From Octopus vulgaris (Eukaryota), in NCBI GenBank assembly GCA_951406725.2, contig OX597814.1:186744001-186808000 (forward strand): 64,000 bases of DNA, written 5' to 3'. Shown here piece after piece: positions 24,900-38,067 of this stretch. The notes under the pieces were generated by a model. The model saw only the letters and a list, made by a program, of their open reading frames with translations. It was not told where the DNA came from and searched no databases. Within the stretch, counting starts at the first letter, position 1. Each line of letters opens with the position of its first letter. Both the position numbers and the translations under genes were made by a program.

Positions 24900-25115
24900 C
24901 GTAGTTGTGAATAGACACAGACGCAATCACCCCTTAACTCAGCGGCACATCTAGGACAGCTGAGGAGACAGAGCTGTACCCACATCCAGCTGGTACTCAT
25001 TTACAGCTAAGTGAAGCAACACCTTGCTTAAAGATAGATACTGCGTGCCGCTCGTTCAGGAACTGAGCCTACGACCTTATAATGGTGACCCGAACACACT
25101 AACCCAAAGGTCACA
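24900..25115 (-). mobile_element. decayed SINE of a third family
   Basis: Minus strand tRNA-like head ('ggttagtgtgttcgg..gtcgtaggctcagttcc') and 'cttagctgtaaatgagtaccag' domain. Confidence 0.45.
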
Positions 25116-27116
25116 CTACAAATAGCATCCAAATTTCCATAAATCATCCTCTACTGTCTTAGAGGAACGACATTTTGGTTTATATAGACCTAGGTATTCT
25201 ATTTGGAAATAAAGACCAGATACTTACACCAACAAAAACTTACTTCAAATTTTATTTCAAGTCACGAGAGAGCTTCTAACGCGTCACTCGACCTGTCAGA
25301 AATAACAACCAAATCTACCTCACATTACATCTTACCATCACTGGAAAATAAGAGAACGATACATCTGATACTGAAATCATAGATATCTTTAAATAGACAG
25401 GATAGTCATATCTGGAATGCCTTTGATCGTTAGTTTGCTCAGTGAAGGGTAACCTCGTCATAAACAATAATTTACTTCATGGCGTAAAAACCACGTGTTT
25501 ACAGTTGTATCTTTCCTACAAGTTTTAATTTTATCTAAGTTCCAAATGCTCTTTAATGATTGTTTCTCATCTATACTTCAGACATGACATCAAAGTTCAA
25601 ATGAATTAATGTATGAGAAAGGTCTACAAACATAATGATGTTCTGAACCCTAGTGGAAGAAACTCTTGGAAACCACTTGAACTGTTGCACCCTTGAAATT
25701 TCAAGTCTTTGCCCATCAAAACAAGCTTATTACAGACGACACTTTGTAAACTAGAAGAAATAATTTTATTAGGTAGCAAAAGCTATTAATATGCAGGATG
25801 CATTCACAACTGATTTATTCTTATATTATCTACAAAGGAATCAAACAACTAGCCGCACACATCTATACCGGAAACTAGCTTACTGACATAAAGGCAGTCA
25901 ATTACGACACCCTGTCACATAGGTCGAACTTGTGCAAAGTAGGGAAGTGATACATGTGCAGCAATATACATTAAAACACTATGGGGTTGTATGAAAAGAG
26001 ATCTGTAGACATTGATATTTTTATGTAAGGTTACACACACGTACAGCCGTTTATCTTAATCGCCTCACATACTGACCTTTCAGCAGTCCATTTTATCCCG
26101 CTTTCACGAATATTTTTCTTGTAAGACGAAAGAAAAGCAAAAGAAAAGATCTACAAACAAACTGACTCAGCCGTAGGTAAGGAGAGGACAAAAGAAATCG
26201 AGAAGCAGACAGAAAGATAAATAAAATAAAGACATAGAAGAAGGTGTCATGTGAACCTTTAACAGCAGCTAACAATATTTTGTTAGCACGTGGAGTGACA
26301 CAGACAAGGCTTGTTCGGTATTTAACAGATTTACGAAGAGACCCCCTCTTCCTTTCAGTCACTGACTGACTTCTCTGAACCATCCCCTACCTCTTCCGCA
26401 ACTCAACTCCGACGAAGAATACACCTCACTAGCAGTCAGCCATGAACTTTGTGTTAATTCCTTTCTTTACAACAGAGATACATTTTTGTTATTGTTGTAG
26501 TAATTCTGTAGTGAGTGCTCCGAATTTGTCGCGGTTTTCATTTCATACGTTTTATTTTATTTATTATGCTTCTTGTTAAAACTTCACGCACAGTCCACAA
26601 GTCTACCATAAAAGCTTTTCTAAACAATACAATGCAACTCTGTTACCTGAGATTGAGCAGGTGGTTTAACGTTTCAATTGAAATTTTATAGAAGTACCAA
26701 ACCCAATATCCGATGTCAAACAGAGTTCACATTTTTACGATTACAATTTTTACGGTGATACAAAATGACTCTATTTCAGTCCAAACAGTAATTAAGTTGA
26801 GCTTCCAGTACCACGACTATTAGTTGATCTGAAATCGCTAAATACAATAGAACTGTGTGGGAAATGACAAAAAGATAAATAATCTATGCTTAAGGCTATA
26901 TATTTAGTATTTTAAATAATGTTTCTTTTTCTTCTTGAACATTATTTATTTTCAGCAACTCTAATTTTAACTTTTAATGTTACTATAATTTTAAACAATA
27001 TTATCTTAAAACAGAGATTATTACTGCGAATGTGTATAGTTAGTTCATAGTGAAGTTCCCTGTGAATGATATCAGCGATGTGATTTTGATTCTCGCTTTG
27101 AAAAACTCAAGTAGTA

Positions 27117-27468
27117 GGCGCAGGCATAGCTATGTGGTAAGAAGTTGGCTTTCCAACCAAATGGTTCCAGGTTCAGTCCTACTGTGTAGCACCTTAGGCA
27201 AGTGTCTTCTACTCTAGCCCCAGGTCAACCAAGGCCTTGTGAGTGGATTTGGTAACAGAATGAAACCTGTCATATATAAATATATGTGTGTGTGTGTCTT
27301 TGTATTGGTTGTTGGATGGTTACGTTCACGTAATGTAATTGTTCAGTAAAGAGATTAATAGAATAAGCACCAGGCTTTAAAAAAAATGTTCATTTGACTA
27401 AAATCCATCAAAGCAGTGCCCCAGCATGGCTGCAACTCAATGACTGAGACAAGTAAGAGATGAAAGAG
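27117..27468 (+). mobile_element. SINE family A, CpG-decayed
   Basis: Homologous to 33108-33676. Confidence 0.85.
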
Positions 27469-27544
27469 TTTAATGCTATTAAGGAAGATATGAAAGTTAC
27501 AACCTCTTGTTTTGCATTTCTTTTAACTTTTGTTCAAATAAGTT

Positions 27545-28537
27545 TGTAGCGGTCTCTGATATCCTCACTGTTTGAGAGACACGACAGGAATGATCTCGTT
27601 TGAGATTACAGCCATCTTTGGCCGAGCTGTTCCTGTTGTGTCCACTCAATTGATTGGTTGTCTCTACTTATTTCGCGCCACTGTCCAAAGCCAACCAATC
27701 ACGGCCTTTGGTTAAGGTCCCTTCTCCTAGGCTCTGTTGAGCCACCTTACTTGTATATAAAGGAATGTTCTCAGTATACTTGGTCTTTGGTTCTAGTCCT
27801 TCTAAGGACTAACCTCTGACCACAGAGCTACTCAACATGCTCCAGTTCCAGCGACAGACGATCAGCCACGACGACGCTAATGTACACCCGCAACAGAACG
27901 CCTTCTATCTCCGCCGCCGTCGTCACCATCATTGTACCAACTTCAAGTCGTCTCTACCATCGTCGCCATCACCATCGCCCACTTCAGACATGTACGCACC
28001 AACCTCACAGATCCACGCTGTTAGAGTGAATCCCTTCACCAAGTAAAACAGTCCATCTGAAGAATTCTATATTAAGAGAACCAGCTCGGCGATTGAGACC
28101 ACGACCGCGGCTCGACAATATTCGCCCAACCGGTCTCCGCCCGAGACACAACATCTTGATATTGAACTCTTACACATCGTGTACCTTATGAACTGTAAAC
28201 CAATTTCCATCATTAACTCTATGCTCTGTACTTTCTGTGTCACACGCATTCATCCTTATTGTATCTGTCATCCACACGAACACACAGACACAAACACGTG
28301 TTGCATGCACACACACACACACAACACTTGCTAGCGCTCACAACCTTTTAACCTTAACACCATTGTAAATAAAATGATATCTATCACTCAAACAGTGGAA
28401 CGGCTTGTCGTCATTCAACTATATTCTGTTGGCACTGCATTGTATAAATTGTATTATGGCTTATCTTATTTCGTTAGGGATGCGACCGTGTGACTTACCT
28501 ATGTCACCAATCTCCACATACGGTCGTATTTCCTACA
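27545..28537 (+). mobile_element. solo LTR (993 bp) of an LTR retrotransposon, probably Gypsy-like
   Basis: Begins TGTAG, ends CTACA; 4-bp TSD AGTT (27541-44, 28538-41); CCAAT motifs, TATATAAA at ~27754, AATAAA at ~28368; CpG-rich relative to flanks. Confidence 0.85.
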
Positions 28538-28739
28538 AGTTTTACATTTTAATACCACTTGTTTCAGGAAATAAATAAGTCAACCCCACCCACCCCAAAA
28601 CGGCAAAAATTCTAAAAAAAACAATTTTTTTGTTTCAAAAAAATTATTTCTATTCATTTGTTATATGTATAAGGCCAAAAACAACAGGCCCATCGTATGC
28701 TTTAATGCTAAGCTTAAGTAGTAAACTGATTGCTTGAAT

Positions 28740-29950
28740 GTATTCATTCAAGATCCATTATAAAACAAACAATGTGGTGACCAATGAGCACAGGAAGAAA
28801 GAAGCTTGGGGTTATGCCAAAGATCCTCATCAACAAAGTCATCCTTAAAGAAGCGAAGAAGTACCGACGAAGTTTTATAACTCATGGCTAAACTAAATGA
28901 AGATATCAATGTCCATCACTCATGGATACTATAGTGACTACACTTTACCATGGTCAGCTGCTGATCATCCACAGGGCTATCAATAAGAACTGAAGCTTCT
29001 ATTATAGTCACTAACAAAATAATATTATTGATAAAATATTATGGACTGTTTGTCTGTGATGTTTTTCGTCCTAACAGAGAACCACTTGTCAACTCCAACA
29101 AGGAAATGCAAAGGTTATATGATATGAGTTACAGAAAAGATGAAAACTAATGTTACCCATACTCTTGTATTTGAAAATTATTCACAATTCCAAGGAACAG
29201 AACTGGTCACATTTTCAAGGGACATGGGGATAGAACTAAGTTAGGATAAGCGCCCATATTTGGTAGTTAATTGCAATAAGATAGCTGACCAGACAAGGAA
29301 TATGGATACCAATGGCTTATCTGTCTCTCTTATCTCTAATAATAAATGCTACAAGTACCTTGGGATTCCTGAGAGTAATGCATACACCGGTCCTGTGAGT
29401 AAAGCTCTTAGAGTGACAGAAGAATTATTCAGCAGACTTTTGTAAGGTATGGAAGTTAGGTCTGTCTACATTCAATAACTCATATCCCACAATGCTTTTG
29501 TGCTAGCACCAACATTTGTTGGACACTTGAAGAGAGATATTAGAAACTACTGGTCAGTTCTACACCAACAGTGACACTGACAAATCTATGTTAAATGGAG
29601 GAATGAAGGAAGAGACTAATAGTTGATGCAAAATGGCCTTTATTATTCAGGCTAATTCTACTGAAAAGTAAAGAGAGAAATGAGTTTATCACATGTGTGC
29701 ACAATAGTAAAAATAATACCATCTTGAGATTAGGTGAAGAACTCTTTCATAGGTACTTATGAACCATGAGTAGCAGGACTAATCTACATGAACAGAAATT
29801 TATGCACGGGTATCTCAGATATCATAAGAATAGCAGCTTCTCCTGGACCTGTAATGAACATGCCTTTGCTACCCAAGAACAGAAGATAGGTACCAAATTC
29901 CAGATCAAGAGAAATAGTAAAAATAAGTATGACCCCAAAAGTTAAATGTG
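28740..29950 (+). mobile_element. highly decayed R4/Dong-like non-LTR retrotransposon
   Basis: Peptide remnants LINKVILKEAKKYRR, YKYLGIPE, HNAFVL, YVKWRNEGR, KFMHGY and AFATQEQ in the RT/post-RT order of RLE-type elements. Confidence 0.65.
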
Positions 29951-30451
29951 TAACAATTATTGTTGTTGTTATCCTAATTCCAACAATAAGACTTTTTTTT
30001 TTTTTTTTTTGCTAGAAACTAGCTTCCTCCTTGTAAGAAGAATGCTGATAAATTAAAGTAAGGTAAGTGTACACCTGAGTTTAAATCGTTTCAATGTTTG
30101 ATCACTGAAACACTCAATTTTGACTGACAAAAGTGAAAGTGAAGTCAAAAACTCGAGGATTTCAAAATTTTACACTACACATCAAACCAAACCTGGTAAT
30201 ATGATAAAAGGTTGGAACTGAGGGTTACAACGCATCTTTGGATTATTGAAACAGAAAAGGAAAATCTAGTGAGAGAGCCTTACAGATGGTCACTCTACTA
30301 GCTAAAAATAGTCATAGCTATGTTGTTATAGTTTATGTCACAACACTGCAATTTGATCTCACCATCTGGCACCTTGGGTGAGTATCCTATTACTGTAGCT
30401 GAAAGTTGGCCCAATGTCTTGTGAATGGAATTTGATGTGTATGCAAAGGTA

Positions 30452-30790
30452 TATCTTTTATCTATTAGTTTTACTTGTTTCATTCATGTGCTAGGGCACA
30501 TCTTTGAAGAATTTTAGTCAAATGAACTGACTCCAGTACTTATCTTTATTTTAAACCCAGTACTTATTCTATCAGTCTTTTTCTTTTGTTGAACCGCTAC
30601 ATTATGGGATGTAAACACACCAGCACCAGTTGTCAAGCAGTGGTGGAAGACAAACACAGACATAAAGACACACACACAATGATGGGTTTCTTTCAGTTTC
30701 TGTCCACCAAATCCACCTTGGTCAGCCAAGGTACCATACAGTGGGACTGAACATGGATCCATATGGTTGGGAAGTAAATGCACTTCTAAC
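30452..30790 (-). mobile_element. SINE family A, decayed and deleted
   Basis: Homologous to 12525-12933. Confidence 0.8.
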
Positions 30791-31158
30791 AACAGAGCAT
30801 AATTTGGGTTTGATACTTTTCTCCACTGGACTTGATGTTCCCTCATTAGCAATATGCTGGTGATAGGCCTGCCATGATGACCATTATTGGTTACAAAAGA
30901 AATCTGAGAAAATAATAGAACCTACAAATAATGAGCTATTTAAAATTTATTTGTAAATTAGTTCAATCCTTCATTTCTTTTTGGCAAATTCATCGATCAC
31001 TTTGATAGAAAATGTATTAGCACCATACTATCTTCATCTTCTTCAAAAGGCCTTTAGTCATGGAAATGGCAACTAAATTACTCATCTCTTCATTTTGAGA
31101 ACACCTCATATAATTATCTACTAGCTTTTATGAAGAAAGCGATTTCTCACAGTAAGTA

Positions 31159-32376
31159 TTGAGTCATCCCATAAATAATGTGGGTTTTTTTTTTCAATTG
31201 CATGAACTAAAAGTCAGAGGGGGACAGGATAAACTACCTGCATCAACTTGTTATAAAAGCAGGAAGTCATTTTACTTTGGTCTTATTCTGAGTGCAAATT
31301 TTGAAGAGTGCAGTTCAATTTTAACAGTTATTTTTCCAAAGTTATAATCAAAGTGACAAAGCATATTCAGAATATTTTGCTTTATGAGTTCAAAAAAAGT
31401 TAACCACACGATGGAAAGTGCGAGGAATAATAATGCAGTATATGGGGATTGGACAACGAGCATAAGCTGGAAATTACAGCCTAGAAAACAAGCTTCATCC
31501 TGGAAGATCTGTAGAGCTCGACAAGGACGTCCTGCAAATCCTGGTGGAACAAAATCCCAAAATAACTGTTCGGGAACTAGCAGAGAAGCTTAGATTTGGT
31601 CATTCAACCATTCGCCGACACCTGTGTGCCATTGGAAAAATCAACAAATTAGGTTAATGGGTCCCTCACAAACTTTCTGAGTCTAATTGCACGCAGAGAA
31701 TGAATGTGTGCTCTTCTTTGCTATCATGTCTCATGAATGAACCTTTTTTTGACTGAATAGTGACTGGTGACAAGAAATTGGTTCTCTATAAAAATGTGAA
31801 GCACCAAAGACAGTGGGTAGGGAAAGGAAAAACTCCAGCACCCCAGGCTAAAGAAGGTCTTCACCCGCGTAAGGTGTTGTTATCTGTTTGGTGGGATTTG
31901 TAAGGTTTAGTGCACTTTGAACTTTTAAACCCAAACCAAATGATAGCAAAAGAGATCTACTGCGAGCAGTTTGAGCGGATTAAGTCAGTGCTAGAAGGAA
32001 AATGACCATTTTTGGTTTCAAGACGAAAGGTGTTCTTCCATCAGGATAATGCTCAGTAACATACAGCAAGGATGACATTCCAAAGGCAGTTTGAATGGGA
32101 AACGATGCCCCACTCAACATATTCACCAGACATTGTCCCATCTGATTATCATTCATTCCACAGTTTTCGAAATCATTTGGATGGAAAAAATATGAATTCA
32201 GTAGTCAAGGTCAGAACAGTACTGGAGGTGTATTTTTCATCACGGACAAGTGAATTTTGGAAAAGGGACCTTACAAGTCTACCAGATAGATGGAAGACGG
32301 TTTTAGAAATTGAAGGAGAGTATATTTTAGATAAAAGAAGTATAAAAAAACACACATTATTTATTGGATGATCCAA
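31159..32376 (+). mobile_element. mariner (DD34D-type) transposon, full length but inactivated
   Basis: Imperfect TIR TTGAGTCATCCCATAAATAATGTG / CACATTATTTATTGGATGATCCAA; TA TSDs at 31157-58 and 32377-78; motifs WVPHKL, IVTGD, FHQDNA, YSPDIVPSDYH; several stops. Confidence 0.95.
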
Positions 32377-33107
32377 TACATGTGGCAGGTATGGTCAAAA
32401 TCAGATGTGATTTTTGTTACTTCAGCCAGACCTTAATTTAGTTCAAGCTCCCAAATTATGTCAGCGACTTATTGGATGTTTGACACTTGCTTTGCAAAAT
32501 CTGCAGCATAAACTGATTTCCTCTCACATTTCAATCCTTCTAAATCCAATATGCTTTTACAGACATTCAAAGATGAAAACACTTCCATCAATACTTTTTT
32601 CATAAGTGTGAAAAAGCTTCAGATTCAACAATTCAACAAATCTTTGCTCAATGTGAACAATAGCTTCACTTGAAAGTCCAGATTATGTGCAGTTGGCATT
32701 TTCCTTCATGAAATCTAAATGCAATGTTAAACAATCATTGTATTCTGCTACTGCTTCACGTATAGCCAGAAAATTACCCTTATTGTTTGATTCCTGTGTT
32801 TTATTGTGTCCTTTAAATGGTAACTCTTCATAGGCCTGAATTTCAATACAATGAATTAAACTTTTCAATATATCATGATTTTTCTCAACTGATCTGTTAT
32901 GGAACTGAATTGAAGCTGCTTTCCGGTAATTAATCACTATCAATTTGTTGTCAGCCAAAAGTGTTTAGAGCAATTATGGAATTTAGATGGTTCTGAGATT
33001 TTTGTATTTTGTCAAATGATCCAAATTGCAGTAGCCAGTTGTTATCCATGTGTTCTTATGCTGACAAAATAATAGACATGAGAAACAAAAAAATTTGTTC
33101 AGAATGG

Positions 33108-33416
33108 CATAGGAGTGGCTGTGTGGTAAGTAGCTTGCTTACCAACGACATGGTTCCAGGTTCAGTCCCACTGCATGGCACCTTAGACAAACATCTTCTA
33201 CTATAGCCTCGGGCCGACCAAAGCCTTGTGAGTGGATTTGGTAGATGGAAACTGAAAGAAGTCCGTCATATATATGTTTTTCACTGTTTGATTTGCCTAA
33301 TAGTGGTTTTATCTCTAATTTAATATAATATAATATAATATATTTATACTATAAAGTTGGATTTAATCCTAGATCTAATTTTTCCCTGTAAGTTTGGATT
33401 TATTCCCTAATATTAT

Positions 33417-33460
<44 letters not shown>

Positions 33461-33676
33461 GTGCGTGTATAAGTTTGTGTGACTGTGTTTCTCCCCCCAA
33501 CATCGCTTGACAACCGATGCTGGTGTGTTTACGTCCCCGTAACTTAGCAGTTCAGCAAAAGAGACCGATAGAATAAGTACTAGGCTTACAAAGAATAAGT
33601 CCTGGGGTCGATTTGCTTGACTAAAGGTGGTGCTCCAGCATGGCCACAGTCAAATGACTGAAACAAGTAAAAGAGT
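33108..33676 (+). mobile_element. SINE family A with a ~150-bp foreign insert (33276-33420) in its (TA)n
   Basis: Full head and tail; TSD AATGG at 33103-07 and 33677-81. Confidence 0.92.
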
Positions 33677-34299
33677 AATGGGGACATCCTGTAATTCACT
33701 CAAACTCTTCATAATACTTAAAATCAAAATAACGATGCCATTCCTTACTGCCCACTTTGGTTTTGGTGGTCCTTCAATGTCCATGCCACCTCAGTCTTTG
33801 CCTTCTCAAACAGGTGCACCACCGAGCACAGGACGAATAACTGGAAAGCGTCAGTATCCTCAAATGGTAATTGTTTTGCTTCCTAATAGTTTCATGCCAG
33901 CGCCGCCTTGCTGCAAAGGTCAAGAAAGTACTGAGTAAACTGAACTAATTGACTCTTTTGCCATCCCGGGGGTGAATGAAAGTGTGAAAAATGTTATTGA
34001 GTTATAATCTTTTTAAATGAATCAAAGCTTTATTCTAACAAAAAATTTAGGTGCTAGTTTACTTTTTTACATAACTATTTTTAGATAATTTTAAATATTT
34101 AAAATTAAATTTTAGAGCATTGGTATGGATAAATGGATGCAAACCTAACTTTTTAATCACAAAAAATAAATGTTGCCAGTTTCTTCTTTTTTCTCCAAGT
34201 GTGTACTAGTCAAGAAGAAAACTCTGAGGTCATATGACTGAATTTGGGTCTTAAGAAGGGATCAAAAATATTATCCATGGGTTAAAATCTTCTAAAAAA

Positions 34300-34686
34300 G
34301 CAGGCATGGCTGTGTAGTAAGAAGCTTGTTTCCTAACTACATGATTCCAGGTTCAGTCCTGCTGTGTGGTACCTTGAGCAAGTATCTTCAACTACAGCCT
34401 CAGGCAAACCAACACCATGAATGAATTTGGTAGATGGTAACTGAAAAGAGCCTGTTGTATATATATATGTGTGTGTGTGTCTTTGAGTCTGTAGTTATCT
34501 GCCACCACCACTTGAAAACCGGTCTTGGTGTGTTTATGTTCCCATAACTTAGTGGTTCGGCATGAGACCGATAAAAGAAGTGCCAGGCTTAAAAAAAGAA
34601 CTGGGGTTAATTATTTAACTAAAAATTCTTCAAAGTGGTGCCCCACCATGGCCACAATCTAATGATTGAAACAAGTAAAAGATAAA
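34300..34686 (+). mobile_element. SINE family A, diverged
   Basis: Homologous to 33108-33676. Confidence 0.85.
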
Positions 34687-34909
34687 ATATATACTTTTTA
34701 ATACTGAATAATCATACAAAATGAACCAGGATCAGTAATAACACAAACTTACAAATTGATTAAATACTCATTTATCGGCCAAATCTGTCCAACTATGAGG
34801 AAAGCTTTAAGTCCTTTGAAAGTTTTTGATCTCTGCTGCACAGGGCAGTAAAAATATCAGCACTTCAAGAGAAAATATGTTGACAGCTTGTTGCTAGCTA
34901 ACATGGCTA

Positions 34910-35240
34910 GAAGGCAAGTAGAAAAAAAATCTGCTTTTCTCTTGACCACTCACTTGTTTGTTTTATGTTCCCTTCTCAGAGAGAATAATAGAATATGAAG
35001 GTACTAACACCATTGCTTCTTACCAAAAGCAAGCAGTAAAAAATCTGTTGTTCTCTCTCTTGACCACTCACTCACTCATTTGTTTTGCCTCTCATTTTGA
35101 TGCTCCCTTCTTGAAGCGGATAATAGAATACAGAGAAACTAACATCCCTGCTTTTTTTTACTCTGACTGAAAAAAGGCAGGAAAAATCTGTTTTTCTCTG
35201 TCCTTCACTCTCTTGACCTCTCACTCATTATTTTTCCTTC
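34910..35240. repeat. degenerate tandem repeat, ~2.5 units of ~120-140 bp
   Basis: 'aaaaatctg..tctcttgaccactcact..cccttct..ataatagaata..actaaca' recurs. Confidence 0.75.
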
Positions 35241-38067
35241 TTTTCTTGCTAAGGAAACAGGAACTTTCACTACTTACACCTGTTAAATAATATTGGTTGT
35301 TTACAATTTATACTAAGAAATGAAGGAATGGGAAATACATGAGTACAAGGAGAACAGTGAAAAATTATCAATAAAAAATTCTATATTACACAAAAATAAT
35401 TTATCCTGGAAAAACAGTAAGGCATGCATACATAGACCCTTCACTCCTGATATAATACAGCAGAGTAGTTCAGGTAAAAGACCTTCCCTAAAGAGGTTGC
35501 CTAACAAGATTCTAAGCTCCTCTTCTCTATACTAGTCATTTTCATTTCAGAGTGACCAAGCTCCTAGATGGACGACCTTTCTAACAGATGTAAAAGCCAC
35601 ATCTTTCAGGGGGTGGGTTCAATTTTTGGTTGAAACCATTTTGTTTTATTTTTATATTGCTATGCATTTTAGGATCACACACAAAAAAAATTAAATTACA
35701 ACGGTTCACTTCCCTAAAAATACCTTTATTTCATTCATTCACATAATTCAAATCAATATCTTACTAGCTTTGGGCATTTTATTCTACTTTAATGGGGCAA
35801 GTTGTCTGCTTGTAATAATAAAACAACACTGATAATGATATCCAAACACAATTTACCCAATTGAATTAGTTGAAGGGAACTTTTGACTACATCAAATTAT
35901 TGTTGATACCCTCAACTTTTTTTCTTTTCACATCCTGAGAGAGTATAACAGATTAAACACCAGACCTTTCTCCACTGACATTATTTGTAAACCAAACACT
36001 GAATTGTTTCTAACTGTATAAATAGTCAACCCATTTCAAATGTGAAAACCTTTTTAATTACTGTTCACAACAGCTTTTAAAACAAGATTGAAAAATATTG
36101 CATTACATGATCATTACTTTCACAGAACATGATCATTATATACGCATTACTTTCACCAAGCATTAACATTATATATTTATTATTTCCAGAGAATGCTATT
36201 ATTATACATTCATTGTTTTCACAATCACTATCATTATGCATTCATTATTTTCCATGAATACTATCTTTATTCATTCATTATTTTCATAAAATATCACTAC
36301 CAAAGGACCATTGCATTCTACAAATATAACAAATTCCTCTTTTGTTTATTTATCTGTTTATATATGCTTGTTTCCTTCATTTGTTGCTCGCCTCTCAAGC
36401 TCAGTAGTTGAATACATACGTCTACTTCCTTCTTATGACAAGAGTAATTGGCTGAAGTTAAGAAATAACTCATAACAGCAAAAATAATCGATTTCATAGC
36501 AGACTTGGTCATTTCATTTCAAGAAATTGCAAGCTAGATATGGCTTCTGAATCAATTCTCCAAGGTAATAGATCATTTGGGCCATGAATATATTGATCGT
36601 ACTGTTCATTCACAGTTGTTGTTGAAATGGTAATTCAATCATTGTATCAACACTTTCAGCTTGTGTTATTGCACCACATTACTAAAATCTACCAGGTTTT
36701 CCGATTACGCCCTTTGAAAATGTACTTATTCACACAATCATTAGCTTACACACTAAAAAGAGAAGAAATCAAATTATTCTTTATAAAAACCTTTATCATC
36801 TTAGTATTTTGGGGTATAAATTCACTTCTCATTGAAGAGTAAATTATTAGGCATTTTTTCATATTAATGGCTTTATTATTGCTACTGTTTTTCAACTGAA
36901 CTTACTTAACTTCACTTATGCCATTAACACTCTTGGGCATTTCTATTCTTTTGTCCTAAAGACCACAGGCTTTATATCTAAGACATTATTAGTACGTTTA
37001 CTATTGACCGACAGTAATTTCTCTGGTAGTTATATTATTTCAGGACACTCTTACCTGTTTGTAACACTAGAACTCTACTCCTAACCTAAAAATATTTAGT
37101 ACTTCAGTGTTTTTGATCTTTAAGAAAAGTAGGAATGGTGTGCATAATGAAATATACTGACTATAATTGAGGAATGATTTTACTAAGGTTTGAATTCAAA
37201 CCCTTTTTCTTTGCAGCAAAACATATTTAAGCACTATGATAATTGAAAGGCTCATTACAATAAAGATTTTTTTTTTAGAGCTCTTTCAGTAATCATAAAA
37301 TATGGATTGCTTGCTTTACAATCGTTTCAAAAGGTAGGTAAATTTTTTATGTCATTTGTCTCTCTAATGATGTAGGGCAGTTCTGCTAGAACAGATCTAT
37401 ACATAAAAGCCACTGAGATCAATCTAAGATAATCAGGTCCAACAGCCAGCAGTGTACAAACTACCATGCAGTAACTGGTCTTGTGTGTATGTTTGGGGCA
37501 GTTGGATTATGTATTTGTTTTGCTGTCCAATCCATTTACATAGATATAGTGTAAGTCAATAGAAGCGTATACAAAGGGAAAGAGACCCAGTAGGTGCAAT
37601 GAAATTTGAATTTCTTGGGATTCAGAGAAGGTGACTGGAAACTCAACTCAGAATTAATAATGATTAATATAGCAGCACTTTTGGTGCATTAGTGAATTTT
37701 TATTGGTCTTTATCAAATGTGAGCAGGGACAAAAATGTGTTTTTTAAAATAATGTTTTGATACTCTGGAGTGCTATCAACATATTGGAAGTTGCAAATGT
37801 ACATGAGTTGAAAGAAGCATGAGGCAACATCTGCAGACAACCTCATCATATTGCACTGTACAAATGATGTTATAGAGTATTCCTTGTCTAGTTATCTGGA
37901 CATGTATTTGAAAGTGCTAATATTTTAATCATATTATTAGTGTAATAATTTTGTACATAACTTGTACATATTTTTGGCATACACAATATAAAATAATGTC
38001 TGCAAAGTACAAAACTAGAAATATATTCTGATTTTTAATAAGTAAACACAAACATTCAGAGATACAT

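Larger units (their letters stand above)
30850..33910 (-). mobile_element. decayed hAT transposon (ZMYM1/Tip100-like transposase) interrupted by a mariner and a SINE
   Basis: Minus strand: TTF-type Zn finger (WHRYFDF..ITGCPILNKFFCFSCLLF..TWITTGY); DUF4371-like block (LPFKGHNKTQESNNKGNFLAI); C-terminal dimerisation motif (LILTIPATCTYCEKSLSS*KLVDNYMR..KVIDEFAKKK*RIELIYK*). Outer ends approximate; TIRs not firmly resolved. Confidence 0.85.
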
